From NCBI GenBank assembly GCA_041667115.1, contig JBAYFO010000008.1, positions 4,823 through 68,822 of the forward strand: a stretch of DNA of 64,000 nucleotides, in the 5' to 3' direction. A program made the translations under genes and the position numbers. The notes under the pieces were generated by a model. That model had not been told where the DNA came from. It searched no databases and saw nothing but the letters and a program-made list of their open reading frames with translations. This stretch comes from Ignavibacteriaceae bacterium. GTDB lineage: Bacteria > Bacteroidota > Ignavibacteria > Ignavibacteriales > Ignavibacteriaceae. This document shows, in pieces, positions 1-10,263 of this stretch (position 1 is its first letter; every line of letters starts with the position of its first letter).

Positions 1-794
1 TGATAGCAGCATTGGCAAAAGCCGGAGCGGTATTTGAAGAAGAAAAATTTGTGAACGCTGCAGATACAGCCTCAAAATTTGTTTTGAGTAATATGCAAAC
101 ATCCGGCGGATTACTACGTCACCGCTATAGAGATAATGAAGCTGCTGTCCACGCAAACCTCGATGATTACGCGTTCTTTATATTTGCGTTACTTGAATTA
201 TATGAAGCGACCTTTGATGCGGAATATTTGGTACACGCAGAAAAATATCAACAGATAATAAACAAACATTTTGGTGATGATGTCTATGGTGGCTTCTACT
301 TTACCGCAGATTTCGCTGAAGAACTGATCATCCGCCAGAAAGAAATTTATGACGGAGCTATCCCTTCGGGTAACGCGGTTACCATGCTGAATCTTTTAAA
401 ATTGGCGCGCTATACGGGAAATACTGACTACGAAAACAAAGCGCTCGATCTTAGCCGGGCTTTCCACGAACAAGTAAAAGCTACACCGATGGGGCACCCA
501 TTTCTTATGGTTGCGCTTGAGTTTCTGCTTTCTGAAAGTTATGAGATTGTTATCGTTGGAAAACCGGGTGAGGCAAAAGTAAAGTCGGCGATTTTAGAAT
601 TAAGGAAAAAGTTCGTTCCAAATAAAATAGTGATTTGTAAAAATCCGGATGATGCGAATCTTCTCAATTCAATTTCAAACTATACTGCACAGCTAACAGA
701 ACTGAACGGTCAACCAACTTTTTATCTCTGCAAAAATTTTACGTGTGAATTACCGGTTACCGATTTCAATGAGATATTAAAAAAACTTGGTTAA
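1..794 (+). CDS. thioredoxin-domain protein of the DUF255/YyaL type, C-terminal six-hairpin (epimerase-like) part; 5' end lies outside the window
   Basis: The frame is open back to base 3, so the listed TTG at 12 is internal. Residues LDDYAFFIFALLELYEATFD, GGFYFT and YDGAIPSGNAV resemble the C-terminal domain of YyaL-like proteins. Confidence 0.6.
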   Translation, partial: IAALAKAGAVFEEEKFVNAADTASKFVLSNMQTSGGLLRHRYRDNEAAVHANLDDYAFFIFALLELYEATFDAEYLVHAEKYQQIINKHFGDDVYGGFYFTADFAEELIIRQKEIYDGAIPSGNAVTMLNLLKLARYTGNTDYENKALDLSRAFHEQVKATPMGHPFLMVALEFLLSESYEIVIVGKPGEAKVKSAILELRKKFVPNKIVICKNPDDANLLNSISNYTAQLTELNGQPTFYLCKNFTCELPVTDFNEILKKLG

Positions 795-800
795 GTATAA

Positions 801-1025
801 ATGAACGTAGAAATATCTCAAATAGGAAAACTGTTAATTTTGTTGGGAGGAATTATTGTGATTCTGGGAATTATTCTTTTGTCGTTCGGAAAAATTCCTT
901 TTCTTGGCAAACTACCAGGTGATATTATTGTCCAGAAGAAAAATTTCACATTCTATTTCCCGGTTGTAACTTCAATTCTTCTGAGTTTGCTTCTGGCATT
1001 GATTCTCTATCTCTTTAAAAAATAA
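801..1025 (+). CDS. small membrane protein, DUF2905-like
   Basis: 74 aa with two hydrophobic helices and a GKLPGDI motif typical of DUF2905; 7 nt downstream of the previous gene. Confidence 0.55.
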   Translation: MNVEISQIGKLLILLGGIIVILGIILLSFGKIPFLGKLPGDIIVQKKNFTFYFPVVTSILLSLLLALILYLFKK

Positions 1026-1048
1026 AAGCCCGACTAGGTCGGGCTTTT
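1024..1048. terminator. bidirectional rho-independent terminator between convergent genes
   Basis: AAAAGCCCGAC-TAG-GTCGGGCTTTT perfect hairpin flanked by A and T runs. Confidence 0.7.
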
Positions 1049-1065
1049 GAATAAGAAATTTATTC

Positions 1066-1554
1066 TTATTTTTTCAACAAGTTTTTAATTCCGGCTGCCA
1101 ATGTTTCTTTCGGAACCAGTCCGACATGCTTATCAACAATGTTTCCTTTTTTATCAATAAGAAAAGAAGTTGGGATTCCCGAAACTCCACCGAAAAGCTT
1201 TGCAGTGGTGTTATCTCCATACACAATGGGATAGTTAATTCCATAATCTTTTACGAAAGCGGGAACATCTCCTTTTGTATCAGTATCCAGCGAAATACCG
1301 AGAACAACCAAATCTTTTTTAAATTCTTTTTGTAATGCAATCAGATCGGGAATTCCTCTTCTACAAGGAGGGCACCAAGTTGCCCAAAAGTCTATAATCA
1401 CAACTTTATTTTTATAATCAGAAAGTTTTATAATTTTACCGTCAACGCTTTTAAGTGAAAAATCGGGAGCTTTTTTCTCTTGAGCAAGCGATGAGTTGGA
1501 GAACAGAAACATGATGAAAACAAAAAAAGTAACCGAAGCCAGAAGATTTTTCAT
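1066..1554 (-). CDS. TlpA/ResA-family thiol:disulfide oxidoreductase (periplasmic thioredoxin fold)
   Basis: Signal peptide; WATWCPPCRRGIP active site; typical length of 162 aa. Confidence 0.85.
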   Translation of the reverse strand: MKNLLASVTFFVFIMFLFSNSSLAQEKKAPDFSLKSVDGKIIKLSDYKNKVVIIDFWATWCPPCRRGIPDLIALQKEFKKDLVVLGISLDTDTKGDVPAFVKDYGINYPIVYGDNTTAKLFGGVSGIPTSFLIDKKGNIVDKHVGLVPKETLAAGIKNLLKK

Positions 1555-1603
1555 ATAAGTCCTTATTAAATTTTAAGTTTGATGTGAAAAAGCCGAAAAA
1601 GAT

Positions 1604-1825
1604 TCACTGATTTGAAACTTGTCCTGTTTTATTATAAAAAGGAGGGTAGGGTCCGCTTTCGGGTTCTTTTCTTGTGTTGTTCAAAATAAAGAAGAATAAA
1701 AGAACTAGAAGGAATACTATTGTTTCTATCCGGCTTTTTAATTTGGGGTCGAGTAGCGGTTTTTTTTCTTGTGCCGGTGTTTTACCAATTTGACGTGCCT
1801 GATTTTTTTTCTTTTCTTTTGCCAT
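1604..1825 (-). CDS. hypothetical small membrane protein
   Basis: 73-aa ORF with a basic N-terminus and one hydrophobic helix; no recognisable family. Confidence 0.35.
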   Translation of the reverse strand: MAKEKKKNQARQIGKTPAQEKKPLLDPKLKSRIETIVFLLVLLFFFILNNTRKEPESGPYPPFYNKTGQVSNQ

Positions 1826-1966
1826 ATTGCTTTCGCATTAAATTATAAATTTGCTAAAGGAAAATATAAAAATAATTGGATTAAAATAAGGCTAATCTAT
1901 AACACCGGACTATTACACGTAGTGAGAATTGCTTAATTTTGAATAAACCAGCTTAGGAATTATTGT

Positions 1967-3436
1967 ATGAACGATCTTCTTTTTTCTCAATTTATAGGTC
2001 CAAAGGGAGAAAACATTTCTCTGCTTCAATCTTTTATCGGAAAAATTCTTGACGAACAGAAAAAATGGCGCGCAAGTTATTCGCCGGAAGACATTTCTTT
2101 ATATAAAGAGAGTGCGTACGACAACAGTAAATTATCCGAAGAGTTTGAAAAATTTTTAGAGCGAAGCAAAGAGCATTTTCCATTTTTTCATCCACGTTAC
2201 GCGGCTCAAATGGCAAAGGACCCTTCGATTCCAACGATACTCGGCTATTTAACCTTCATGCTTTCCAACCCTAATAATCATGCGTATGAAGGAGGTCCGG
2301 TAACTACCGAAATGGAGATGGAAGTTGTCGAACTTCTCTTAAAAATGGTTGGGTATAAAACCGGCTGGGGACATTTAACAAGCGGCGGATCTCTTGCCAA
2401 CACGGAAGCGCTTTGGGCAGCGAGAGATTATTATAAAAAAGGAACTGTTTACTTCTCGGAAGTTTCTCACTATTCGTGGAAGCGGATTTGCAAAATTTTA
2501 AATATCGATTCCTTTAAAGAAATTCCGGTTGATAAGAATTTTAGAATGGACTGCGGCAAACTTGAAGAAGAATTGAAAAAAAACGAAGCGATGATGGTGA
2601 TGGCAAATCTTGGCTCTACAGGTACAGGTAGTGTTGATGATATTGAGGCAATTCTTGAGTTGAAAAAAAATTACAAATTTCATCTTCACATTGACGCTGC
2701 TTACGGTGGGTTTTTTAGATCAATTCTTTTAGATGAAAATTATAATCCTTCTTTGGATAAAACTCAATTAAGCGGACACACAGAAAAGCAATTACTTCTC
2801 TTGTCGGAATCAGACTCAATTACCATTGATCCGCACAAGCAAGGTTCCGTTTCATACGGAGCAGGAGCCGTCCTCTATAAAAATGAAGAACTGCGAAATA
2901 TTATTTTAAATACAGCTCCATACACTTATCACAAATTGGATAAACCGAATATCGGGATGTTTTCACTTGAAGGCTCACGATCCGGTGCAACGGCGGCAGC
3001 TTGTTACTTAACATACAAAGTAATTCCGCCGAATAATTCAGGGATCGGAGACCTGTTATCGCAAACTATTCTTGCTTCGCAAAAATTTTATGCGATGATC
3101 GAGCAGAGCGAAAATTATGATAACCTGAACTTTCCTGATTTGGATATCAACTGCTTTTTCAGAAAAGCAACAACAAAAGATATTTCTGAAGTAAATAGAT
3201 TGACTTTGGAAATTTATTCTGCTCTTTCAGTTGAAGCGGAAAACCCGGAGTTCATTCTCTCAAAATTTGTGCTTTCACCTGAAATCACACAAACAGTTCT
3301 TCCTGAATATGAAAACCCTAAAGGTGAATCACTGATTGCTCTACGGGCGGTTTTTATGAAACATTGGTATACGATGGATGATTTTTATTATCTTAAAGAG
3401 TTAATTAAAGAATTAGAATTGAAAGCCAACATATGA
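1967..3436 (+). CDS. pyridoxal-phosphate-dependent group II amino-acid decarboxylase
   Basis: GGSLANTEALWAAR, HIDAAYGG and the PLP-lysine motif DPHKQG. Confidence 0.8.
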   Translation: MNDLLFSQFIGPKGENISLLQSFIGKILDEQKKWRASYSPEDISLYKESAYDNSKLSEEFEKFLERSKEHFPFFHPRYAAQMAKDPSIPTILGYLTFMLSNPNNHAYEGGPVTTEMEMEVVELLLKMVGYKTGWGHLTSGGSLANTEALWAARDYYKKGTVYFSEVSHYSWKRICKILNIDSFKEIPVDKNFRMDCGKLEEELKKNEAMMVMANLGSTGTGSVDDIEAILELKKNYKFHLHIDAAYGGFFRSILLDENYNPSLDKTQLSGHTEKQLLLLSESDSITIDPHKQGSVSYGAGAVLYKNEELRNIILNTAPYTYHKLDKPNIGMFSLEGSRSGATAAACYLTYKVIPPNNSGIGDLLSQTILASQKFYAMIEQSENYDNLNFPDLDINCFFRKATTKDISEVNRLTLEIYSALSVEAENPEFILSKFVLSPEITQTVLPEYENPKGESLIALRAVFMKHWYTMDDFYYLKELIKELELKANI

Positions 3437-4164
3437 TTGAAATAAAAAATCTTCACAAAAGTTTCGGATCGAAAAAAGTTTTATCCGGAGTGAACCTGAA
3501 TATCCATGACGGTGAAACCATTGTTATTATTGGGCGAAGTGGTTGTGGAAAAAGTGTGTTGCTTAAACACATCGTTGGATTGCTTTCCCCCGATGAGGGA
3601 TTTGTGAAAGTTGAAGGGAAAATCATAAGCGAGCTTTCCGAAAAAGAATTATATGAAGTTCGGAGAAATTTTGGATTCCTTTTTCAAGGAGCCGCGTTAT
3701 TTGATTCGATGACGGTTGGTGAAAATGTTGCTCTTCCGCTGGTAGAAGCAAATTCCCGAACACCGGAGAAAGAGATCATCAAATTAGTTGAAGAAAAACT
3801 TGAACTTGTCGGGCTTTCCGGTATTCAAAATCTTAAACCGAGCGAGCTCTCCGGCGGAATGAAAAAACGGGTTGGGCTTGCCCGTGCGTTGATAACCAAT
3901 CCGAATTATATTTTGTATGACGAACCAACCACCGGGCTTGATCCGATTATGTCTGATTCAATTGACAATCTTATAAAAGAGCTAGCCGAGAAATTAAAAG
4001 TAACTTCAATTGTGGTTACGCACGATATGTTCAGTGTAAAGAATGTCGCTCACAAAGTGGCGATGATGCATGAGGGGATAATCCATTTTATTGGAAATAT
4101 TGATGAACTTGAAAATTCCACCGATGAGATTATGGCTGAATTTATTAAACGGACGGAAACATAA
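3433..4164 (+). CDS. ABC transporter ATP-binding protein (MlaF/Ttg2A-like)
   Basis: Walker A GRSGCGKS, signature LSGGMKKRVGLARAL, Walker B ILYDEPTTGLD; 4-nt overlap with the upstream gene. Confidence 0.85.
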   Translation: MIEIKNLHKSFGSKKVLSGVNLNIHDGETIVIIGRSGCGKSVLLKHIVGLLSPDEGFVKVEGKIISELSEKELYEVRRNFGFLFQGAALFDSMTVGENVALPLVEANSRTPEKEIIKLVEEKLELVGLSGIQNLKPSELSGGMKKRVGLARALITNPNYILYDEPTTGLDPIMSDSIDNLIKELAEKLKVTSIVVTHDMFSVKNVAHKVAMMHEGIIHFIGNIDELENSTDEIMAEFIKRTET

Positions 4165-4331
4165 AGATCATATTAGTTATCTGCCGTTAGCACTGGTTTG
4201 TGCAAATATCAGCTTAAAATAGTTGTGGAAGCCAAAAATCCTCTTGATTTTATCTCTTCAATTTTGATAGACACGCCGCTTTAGTTATTTTTAAAAAGAA
4301 ATTTTTTAACTCCATTATCCAAGAAAAAAAT

Positions 4332-6017
4332 ATGAAATTCAGTAAATCCTTTATTCCAACCTTAAAAGAAGTACCGAACGATGCGGTAGTCACAAGTCAC
4401 GTATTAATGCTTCGCACAGGAATGGTTCGCTCTCTTGGCGCGGGTATTTATTCCTTTTTACCACTTGGTTATAAAGTAATAAAAAAAATATCCGAAATTA
4501 TCCGTGAGGAAATGGATGCAATCGGCGGACAGGAATTTCATTTGCCGGCATTGAACCCAAAAGAAATTTGGGAAGAAACCGGAAGAGTGGAAGCATTCGG
4601 CGACATTCTCTTCCAAATTAAAAATCGTGATTACGTGCTCGCCCCGACGCATGAAGAGATCATGACGTATCACGCAAGAAAAGTTTTGAAATCATATAAA
4701 GAATTGCCACAGATATGGTATCAAATCCAAACGAAATTTAGGAATGAGGCGCGTCCCCGCAGTGGAGTTATTCGCGGGAGACAGTTTTTGATGAAAGATG
4801 CCTATTCATTCGATTCTTCGTATGAGAATCTTAATGCATCATATCAACTGCACGACGGAGCTTACCGAAAAATATTTGATCGGTGTGGACTGAAATATTT
4901 TGTTGTTGGAGCCTCAAGCGGTGCTATGGGTGGAAGTGGTTCTGAAGAATTTATGGTTAAATCCGATGCAGGTGAAGATACCGTTGCCTACTGCGAAAGC
5001 TGTGGTTATGCGGCTAATGTTGAAGTTGCATCTTCTAAGGTTTCGCATAAAGAAAGAGATGCTGAAAGCAAAACCATTTATGAAATATCAACACCGAATG
5101 TAAAATCGATTGATGAACTTTGTGCGTTTTTGAAAATTGATGAAACGGAATGTGCAAAATCCCGCGTGGTTATGCACGAAAGTAAAGCTGTCTTACTTTT
5201 AATGCTCGGGAACGATGAAGTGAACGAAACAAAAATAGAATCGATTTTAGGCGGAACAGTTCGCCCTGCTCATCCTGATGAATTAAAAGAAATTACCGGT
5301 GCTGATGCCGGTTCTATTGGTCCGGTTGGATTTAATGGAAGAATTCTGGCGGATTTACGTTTGAAAGAGGCAATCAATCTTTACAGCGGTGCGAATAAAA
5401 ATGATTATCACATCGGCGGAATTGATTTAAAACGCGATGTGAAAAGCGTTGAATATGTTGACTTGCGTATTGTTAAATCAGGCGAAGGTTGTCCGAAGTG
5501 TGATAAAAATCTTGATGTTTTTACCGCAATAGAACTCGGACATATTTTCAAACTCGGTACAAAATATTCACAAGCGATGGGCGCAATGTTTCTTGATGAA
5601 AACGGGAAAGAAAATCCGTTGATAATGGGAAGTTATGGTATCGGTGTAGACCGTGTTATGGCTTGTTTCATAGAACAGCATCACGACGAAAAGGGGATTG
5701 TTTGGGACAAAACGCTTGCTCCGTTTGATATTCATCTTGTAGCGTTGAATTTGAAAAGCCAGATCATTGTTGATACTTCCGAGAAAGTTTATCAAGAATT
5801 GCAAGCAGCCGGGTACAAGGTTTTATTTGACGACCGCGTTGATGCCGGAGCCGGATTCAAATTTAATGATGCCGACTTGCTCGGTATGCCAATTCAAGTG
5901 ATTATCGGAGAGAAAAAGTTGAAAGAAGGCAAGGTAGAAGTGAAGAATCGTAAAACCGGAGGACGGTTTGATGTTGAATTTAGCGAGTTAATAAATAAAA
6001 TTAAATCGGTCTACTAA
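4332..6017 (+). CDS. proS: proline--tRNA ligase (bacterial type with INS editing domain)
   Basis: 561 aa with class II aaRS motifs (FRNEARPRSGVIRGRQFLMKDAYSF, GSYGIGVDR) and a C-terminal anticodon-binding domain. Confidence 0.95.
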   Translation: MKFSKSFIPTLKEVPNDAVVTSHVLMLRTGMVRSLGAGIYSFLPLGYKVIKKISEIIREEMDAIGGQEFHLPALNPKEIWEETGRVEAFGDILFQIKNRDYVLAPTHEEIMTYHARKVLKSYKELPQIWYQIQTKFRNEARPRSGVIRGRQFLMKDAYSFDSSYENLNASYQLHDGAYRKIFDRCGLKYFVVGASSGAMGGSGSEEFMVKSDAGEDTVAYCESCGYAANVEVASSKVSHKERDAESKTIYEISTPNVKSIDELCAFLKIDETECAKSRVVMHESKAVLLLMLGNDEVNETKIESILGGTVRPAHPDELKEITGADAGSIGPVGFNGRILADLRLKEAINLYSGANKNDYHIGGIDLKRDVKSVEYVDLRIVKSGEGCPKCDKNLDVFTAIELGHIFKLGTKYSQAMGAMFLDENGKENPLIMGSYGIGVDRVMACFIEQHHDEKGIVWDKTLAPFDIHLVALNLKSQIIVDTSEKVYQELQAAGYKVLFDDRVDAGAGFKFNDADLLGMPIQVIIGEKKLKEGKVEVKNRKTGGRFDVEFSELINKIKSVY

Positions 6018-6025
6018 AAAATTCT

Positions 6026-6286
6026 ATGAATGAGTTGTATAAATTCTCCGAAGAAAATTTATTAAAGCAGATAGAAACTGGTGAGTATGAACTTGGTTTT
6101 TACCGCGTAAAATTTTTCATAAAGAATGGAACCCCCTCAAATATTGTTTCTGCCGAAGTAAGCGAGTTCTACCTTTATCCAAGCGGTGGAACGTTACGGG
6201 ATAAGGATTTTAATATCGTTTTCTATTCTTCACGATTTGATACATATCGTGGTTTCGTTCCTCCTCATCAACGGAATGCTACGTAA
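6026..6286 (+). CDS. hypothetical protein
   Basis: 86-aa ORF tightly packed after proS; no recognised motif. Confidence 0.4.
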   Translation: MNELYKFSEENLLKQIETGEYELGFYRVKFFIKNGTPSNIVSAEVSEFYLYPSGGTLRDKDFNIVFYSSRFDTYRGFVPPHQRNAT

Positions 6287-6328
6287 ATTTCTCTGTTCTT
6301 CATGTTCATTAATTTTTAGGAATTCTCT

Positions 6329-8164
6329 ATGAAAACATTAAAAAAAATAAATTATTTCTTCCTGATATTTCTCCTTCTTTCATGTTCATCTGTTGCTCAG
6401 CCTTTTAAGTTTGGATGGATTACCGATTTGCATATCGGATCAACAAATGCCGCCTCCGATCTGCAAGCGGTTGTTCAAGATATCAATCTTAAAAAAGAGA
6501 TCTCTTTTGTTGTTGCTACCGGAGATATTACAGAAACAGGAAAAACAGAAGACCTGATAAATGCAAAACAGATTTTAGACAAGTTAAATGTTCCGTATTA
6601 TATTATTCCAGGCAACCACGATACAAAGTGGAGTGAAAGCGGCGCCAAAGTTTTTTCCGATTTGTGGAAGGACGACAAGTTTAAATTTGAATATGGTAAT
6701 TCAGTTCTTGTTGGACTCAACAGCGGTATTCCCTGGCGCGGGGGTGGTGGTCATTTTGCTCCGGAAGATTTACATTGGCTAGACTCTCTTTTATCAACTG
6801 TTTCATCCGAAAAAGAAATTTTATTTTTCGCTCATCATCAACTTGATAAAGAAGTTGATAATTGGTTCAAGGTGACGAATATTTTATCAAAGAAAAACAT
6901 TAAAGAAATTTTTGTTGGGCATGGGCATGCGAACCGCGTTTATGATTTTAACGGACTTCCTGGTGTTATGTCACGATCAACGCAGACGGCAAAAGGAAAA
7001 AGCTGGGGTTATACTTTGGTAGATGACCAGGTTGATTCTCTTTTCTTTTATGAAATAACAAAAGATACACTTGTTAAAAAATGGAACGCTGTCGGAAAAC
7101 AAAATCCGATAGAATATGCATACATCGATTCTACGGATTATAAAAACTATTCTGCGGATGTGCTTTGGCAAAAAGATCTTAAAACAACAATGGTTGCCGG
7201 GGTAACAGCCTCAGCCGGAAAAGTTCTTGCCGCGACCAAAAAAGGAGTTCTCTTCTGTTTCGATGAAACCGGGAAACAACTTTGGAGAAACGATTTGGGC
7301 GCGTCAATATTCAGCAAACCGGCGGTGGCAAATAACATTGCAATTGTAGGAACGATGAAAGGTGATCTCTATACTCTCGATGTAACAAACGGACACGTTA
7401 TACAGGTGATCGGAATAGATGAGGCTATTACATCTCCTATTGCTACAATGGCTATAGATTACGAAGGGGAAAAAACGTACGCAATAATTTTTGGCACGGC
7501 TACCGGAAAAATATTTTCGTACGAACTTTCCAGTTTAGACCTTCTCTGGAGTAATGCATCTGCCGGAGGAATGATTGAGTCGAAGCCATTAGTTCAAAGA
7601 GATAAAATTATTTTTGGAAGCTGGGATACTTTTCTTTATTGCCTCGATGCAAATACAGGGTTATTAAACTGGAAATGGACGGGCAATCCGGTGTTTAATT
7701 ATTCTCCCGGGTCAACCCCGCTTGTGACAGATGGAAAAAATGTTTTTTTTGCGACACCGGACAAAGCCATCACCGCCGTAGATTTATTGCTTGGTACAAC
7801 CTCATGGCGAAAGACCGATTATGACGCTTGGGAATCAATCGGCATTAGCAACAATCGGAAATCATTATTCATAAAAGGCCAAAATGATAAATTGCATCTC
7901 ATCTCCACCTTGAATGGCAAGCTTCAAAAAACAATTGATATGAAATTCGGTTTAGATACCGGACCGGTTCAGCCTATCGAAGTAAACGGGACAATTTACT
8001 TTGGCGGAAAAAACGGAAATATTTATTCGATCGATTCTAAATTCAATTTTGCTTCTTTGTTTTTTATGGGAACGGCTAGAACGCACTCCTTAGAAGAACT
8101 TGACGAACACCGGATTGCCGCATCAAACATGGATGGAAAAATTATAGTCTTTAAGGTGAATTAG
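6329..8164 (+). CDS. secreted metallophosphoesterase fused to a PQQ-like/BamB-like beta-propeller
   Basis: Lipoprotein-type signal (LLSCSS); calcineurin-like motifs DLHIG, GDITETG, GNHD, GHGH; C-terminal repeated W/G-rich blades (LLWSN, LNWKW, TSWRK). Confidence 0.75.
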   Translation: MKTLKKINYFFLIFLLLSCSSVAQPFKFGWITDLHIGSTNAASDLQAVVQDINLKKEISFVVATGDITETGKTEDLINAKQILDKLNVPYYIIPGNHDTKWSESGAKVFSDLWKDDKFKFEYGNSVLVGLNSGIPWRGGGGHFAPEDLHWLDSLLSTVSSEKEILFFAHHQLDKEVDNWFKVTNILSKKNIKEIFVGHGHANRVYDFNGLPGVMSRSTQTAKGKSWGYTLVDDQVDSLFFYEITKDTLVKKWNAVGKQNPIEYAYIDSTDYKNYSADVLWQKDLKTTMVAGVTASAGKVLAATKKGVLFCFDETGKQLWRNDLGASIFSKPAVANNIAIVGTMKGDLYTLDVTNGHVIQVIGIDEAITSPIATMAIDYEGEKTYAIIFGTATGKIFSYELSSLDLLWSNASAGGMIESKPLVQRDKIIFGSWDTFLYCLDANTGLLNWKWTGNPVFNYSPGSTPLVTDGKNVFFATPDKAITAVDLLLGTTSWRKTDYDAWESIGISNNRKSLFIKGQNDKLHLISTLNGKLQKTIDMKFGLDTGPVQPIEVNGTIYFGGKNGNIYSIDSKFNFASLFFMGTARTHSLEELDEHRIAASNMDGKIIVFKVN

Positions 8165-8167
8165 CTC

Positions 8168-8812
8168 ATGAAAAAATATGACGGTGTTATTTTTGATATT
8201 GACGGAACATTAACTTCAACAAATGAACTTATTTTTTCAACTTTTAATCACATTACAAAAAAATATTTAAACAAGTCAATGACAAATGAAGAAATTATTT
8301 CTTTGTTCGGACCTACCGAAGATCAAATTATTGAGGATTGGTTTGGTGATGATGCGGAAAAAGTAAGAAGAGAATATTATTCATTCTATACAGCTAATCA
8401 CGCGATGGCAGATATTTATCCGGGCATGAAAGAGCTGCTCCATTTTTTGAAAGAAAAAGATGTACTGCTTTCAATCTATACCGGAAAGGGGAGAGAGGCA
8501 ACTCTTATCACTTTGAAAAAATTGGAGATTTATGATTACTTCGACTTAATTATCACAGGGAGTGATGTTAAGCTGCACAAACCTTCACCGGAAGGAATTG
8601 AAATGTTTCTCGATAAATACTCGTTAGAAAAAGACAAAGTTTTAATGGTCGGTGATGCACCGGCTGATGTTAATGCGGCAAGGACGGCGGGAGTTCAAAT
8701 CGCTTCTGTGGTCTGGGATAGTTATGCGTACGAAAAAGTGATATCAATGGAGAGCGATTATATCTTTCATACGGTTAACGAATTGAAAAAGTTTTTTATG
8801 GAAGTTCTTTAA
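8168..8812 (+). CDS. HAD-superfamily hydrolase (phosphoglycolate/pyrophosphatase PpaX-like)
   Basis: DIDGTL motif I, TGK motif, KPSPEG, VGDAPADV motif IV. Confidence 0.8.
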   Translation: MKKYDGVIFDIDGTLTSTNELIFSTFNHITKKYLNKSMTNEEIISLFGPTEDQIIEDWFGDDAEKVRREYYSFYTANHAMADIYPGMKELLHFLKEKDVLLSIYTGKGREATLITLKKLEIYDYFDLIITGSDVKLHKPSPEGIEMFLDKYSLEKDKVLMVGDAPADVNAARTAGVQIASVVWDSYAYEKVISMESDYIFHTVNELKKFFMEVL

Positions 8813-8817
8813 AACAA

Positions 8818-8848
8818 AAAAGGAGAAAATTCACTTTCTCCTTTTTTA
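8818..8848. terminator. bidirectional terminator hairpin
   Basis: AGGAGAAA-ATTCAC-TTTCTCCT followed by a T-run, between convergent genes. Confidence 0.6.
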
Positions 8849-8865
8849 AATTCTTAATAAAATAC

Positions 8866-10200
8866 TTACATATTGAACGGGTAAACAAAACTGATACGCG
8901 GTTCTATCTTCTTTTGTGGCTTATATCCGGTTATTTCTTTATCGCTGTTTCTAATCGGTGTAAAGGTCCATTGATAAACCATTGAAACTATTAAATAAGG
9001 ATAAGGTTTGTAACCAAGTTCCGTAAATAAAATTGAGCGGTCATTTAGTTTGAAGACATCGGCGCCGTCAACAAATATTTTATCATACCCGGCTCTTGCT
9101 ATAAATGAAAATCCGCTTGGAGCTACATCTGCAGTTAAATGTAAAATTCCTCCATCGTGGTTGTCCAACTTTTGCAAACCTCCAATTACATTGAAGGTAC
9201 CCAAAACAGAAATTCCCAACTCACCGTAATAACCATTTTCGGCAGCATTCATATACTCAAGCGTCGTGGCTTTGCTTGAAACACTATCCGTGTAGCGTTC
9301 AATTTCATAAAGGGAATTGAAATATGCCGGCATATATTGATCCTTATTCCATCGGCGTTCTAATTTCGCGGAAGCGTTAAAAATTCCCAGTCCATTCAAT
9401 TCCAAAATAATACCTGTAGCCGCACCGCTTCCAAAGTTTAGAATTTTCGTATAATCAAAATAAAGTGAAGCGTTTGCCATACTAAAATTAAAGAGAGGCA
9501 AACCTAGATCGAGTCCTACAATTTTAATAGCTCCTTTATCCTCAATTGTCGGCATCACTGTACTTGAGCTTGAAAAAGGTGGAGGAGGAACGATAACTTT
9601 TCCGGAATTTGCGTTAAAGTCGCTCGCAAATGTTGCTCCAACTTCAAGATTTCCGATAATCGGGATAGAAGCTGCCGACGTGTATTGAAGCGGTCGAACG
9701 TATCCGCGAATTCCTAATACTCCGGCTTGCGCAAAGTTACTATAGATGGATTCAAAACCGAATTTGTTAAAATCTAAATCAACAACGGCTCCGATTGTCC
9801 TCGTGTCAAAACTTGGACTATTATTATATTGGTAAATGATACTTCCATGTCCCAAGGTATAAAAATCCAAAGCCCCAACTTTTACATAAACCGGGTCTCG
9901 CTTTAGTCCATAGCGGACATAACGAATAATGCTCAAGTAATCTGAAGTTTCGTTAAAATTTTCTTTGCGTAATTTTCCTTGAGAACTGAATTCTAAATTG
10001 AGATCTAAGCCAACACCAACTTTAGCAAAAGAAATTTCCGGTCTAAACCGGAAGGAATAATAAGGCTGCCCGTCAATCCAGGTCATTCCTAATCCTCCGG
10101 TTAAGTCACCTTTGTTTGGATTAGGGAATTGATTGAATTGAGAAAAATTATCACTGACGAAAAAGAACAAGATGAAGAGAGTTAGTAAGATATTTTTCAT
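8866..10200 (-). CDS. predicted outer-membrane beta-barrel protein, function unknown
   Basis: Signal peptide, alternating-hydrophobicity strands and an aromatic-rich C-terminus. It is the last gene of the C25 / CTD-protein operon. Confidence 0.55.
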   Translation of the reverse strand: MKNILLTLFILFFFVSDNFSQFNQFPNPNKGDLTGGLGMTWIDGQPYYSFRFRPEISFAKVGVGLDLNLEFSSQGKLRKENFNETSDYLSIIRYVRYGLKRDPVYVKVGALDFYTLGHGSIIYQYNNSPSFDTRTIGAVVDLDFNKFGFESIYSNFAQAGVLGIRGYVRPLQYTSAASIPIIGNLEVGATFASDFNANSGKVIVPPPPFSSSSTVMPTIEDKGAIKIVGLDLGLPLFNFSMANASLYFDYTKILNFGSGAATGIILELNGLGIFNASAKLERRWNKDQYMPAYFNSLYEIERYTDSVSSKATTLEYMNAAENGYYGELGISVLGTFNVIGGLQKLDNHDGGILHLTADVAPSGFSFIARAGYDKIFVDGADVFKLNDRSILFTELGYKPYPYLIVSMVYQWTFTPIRNSDKEITGYKPQKKIEPRISFVYPFNM

Positions 10201-10263
10201 GGCTATCTCCGAATTATTATTAATTGTTTTTCCAAAGTTACTAAATGATAAAACAACATCCTT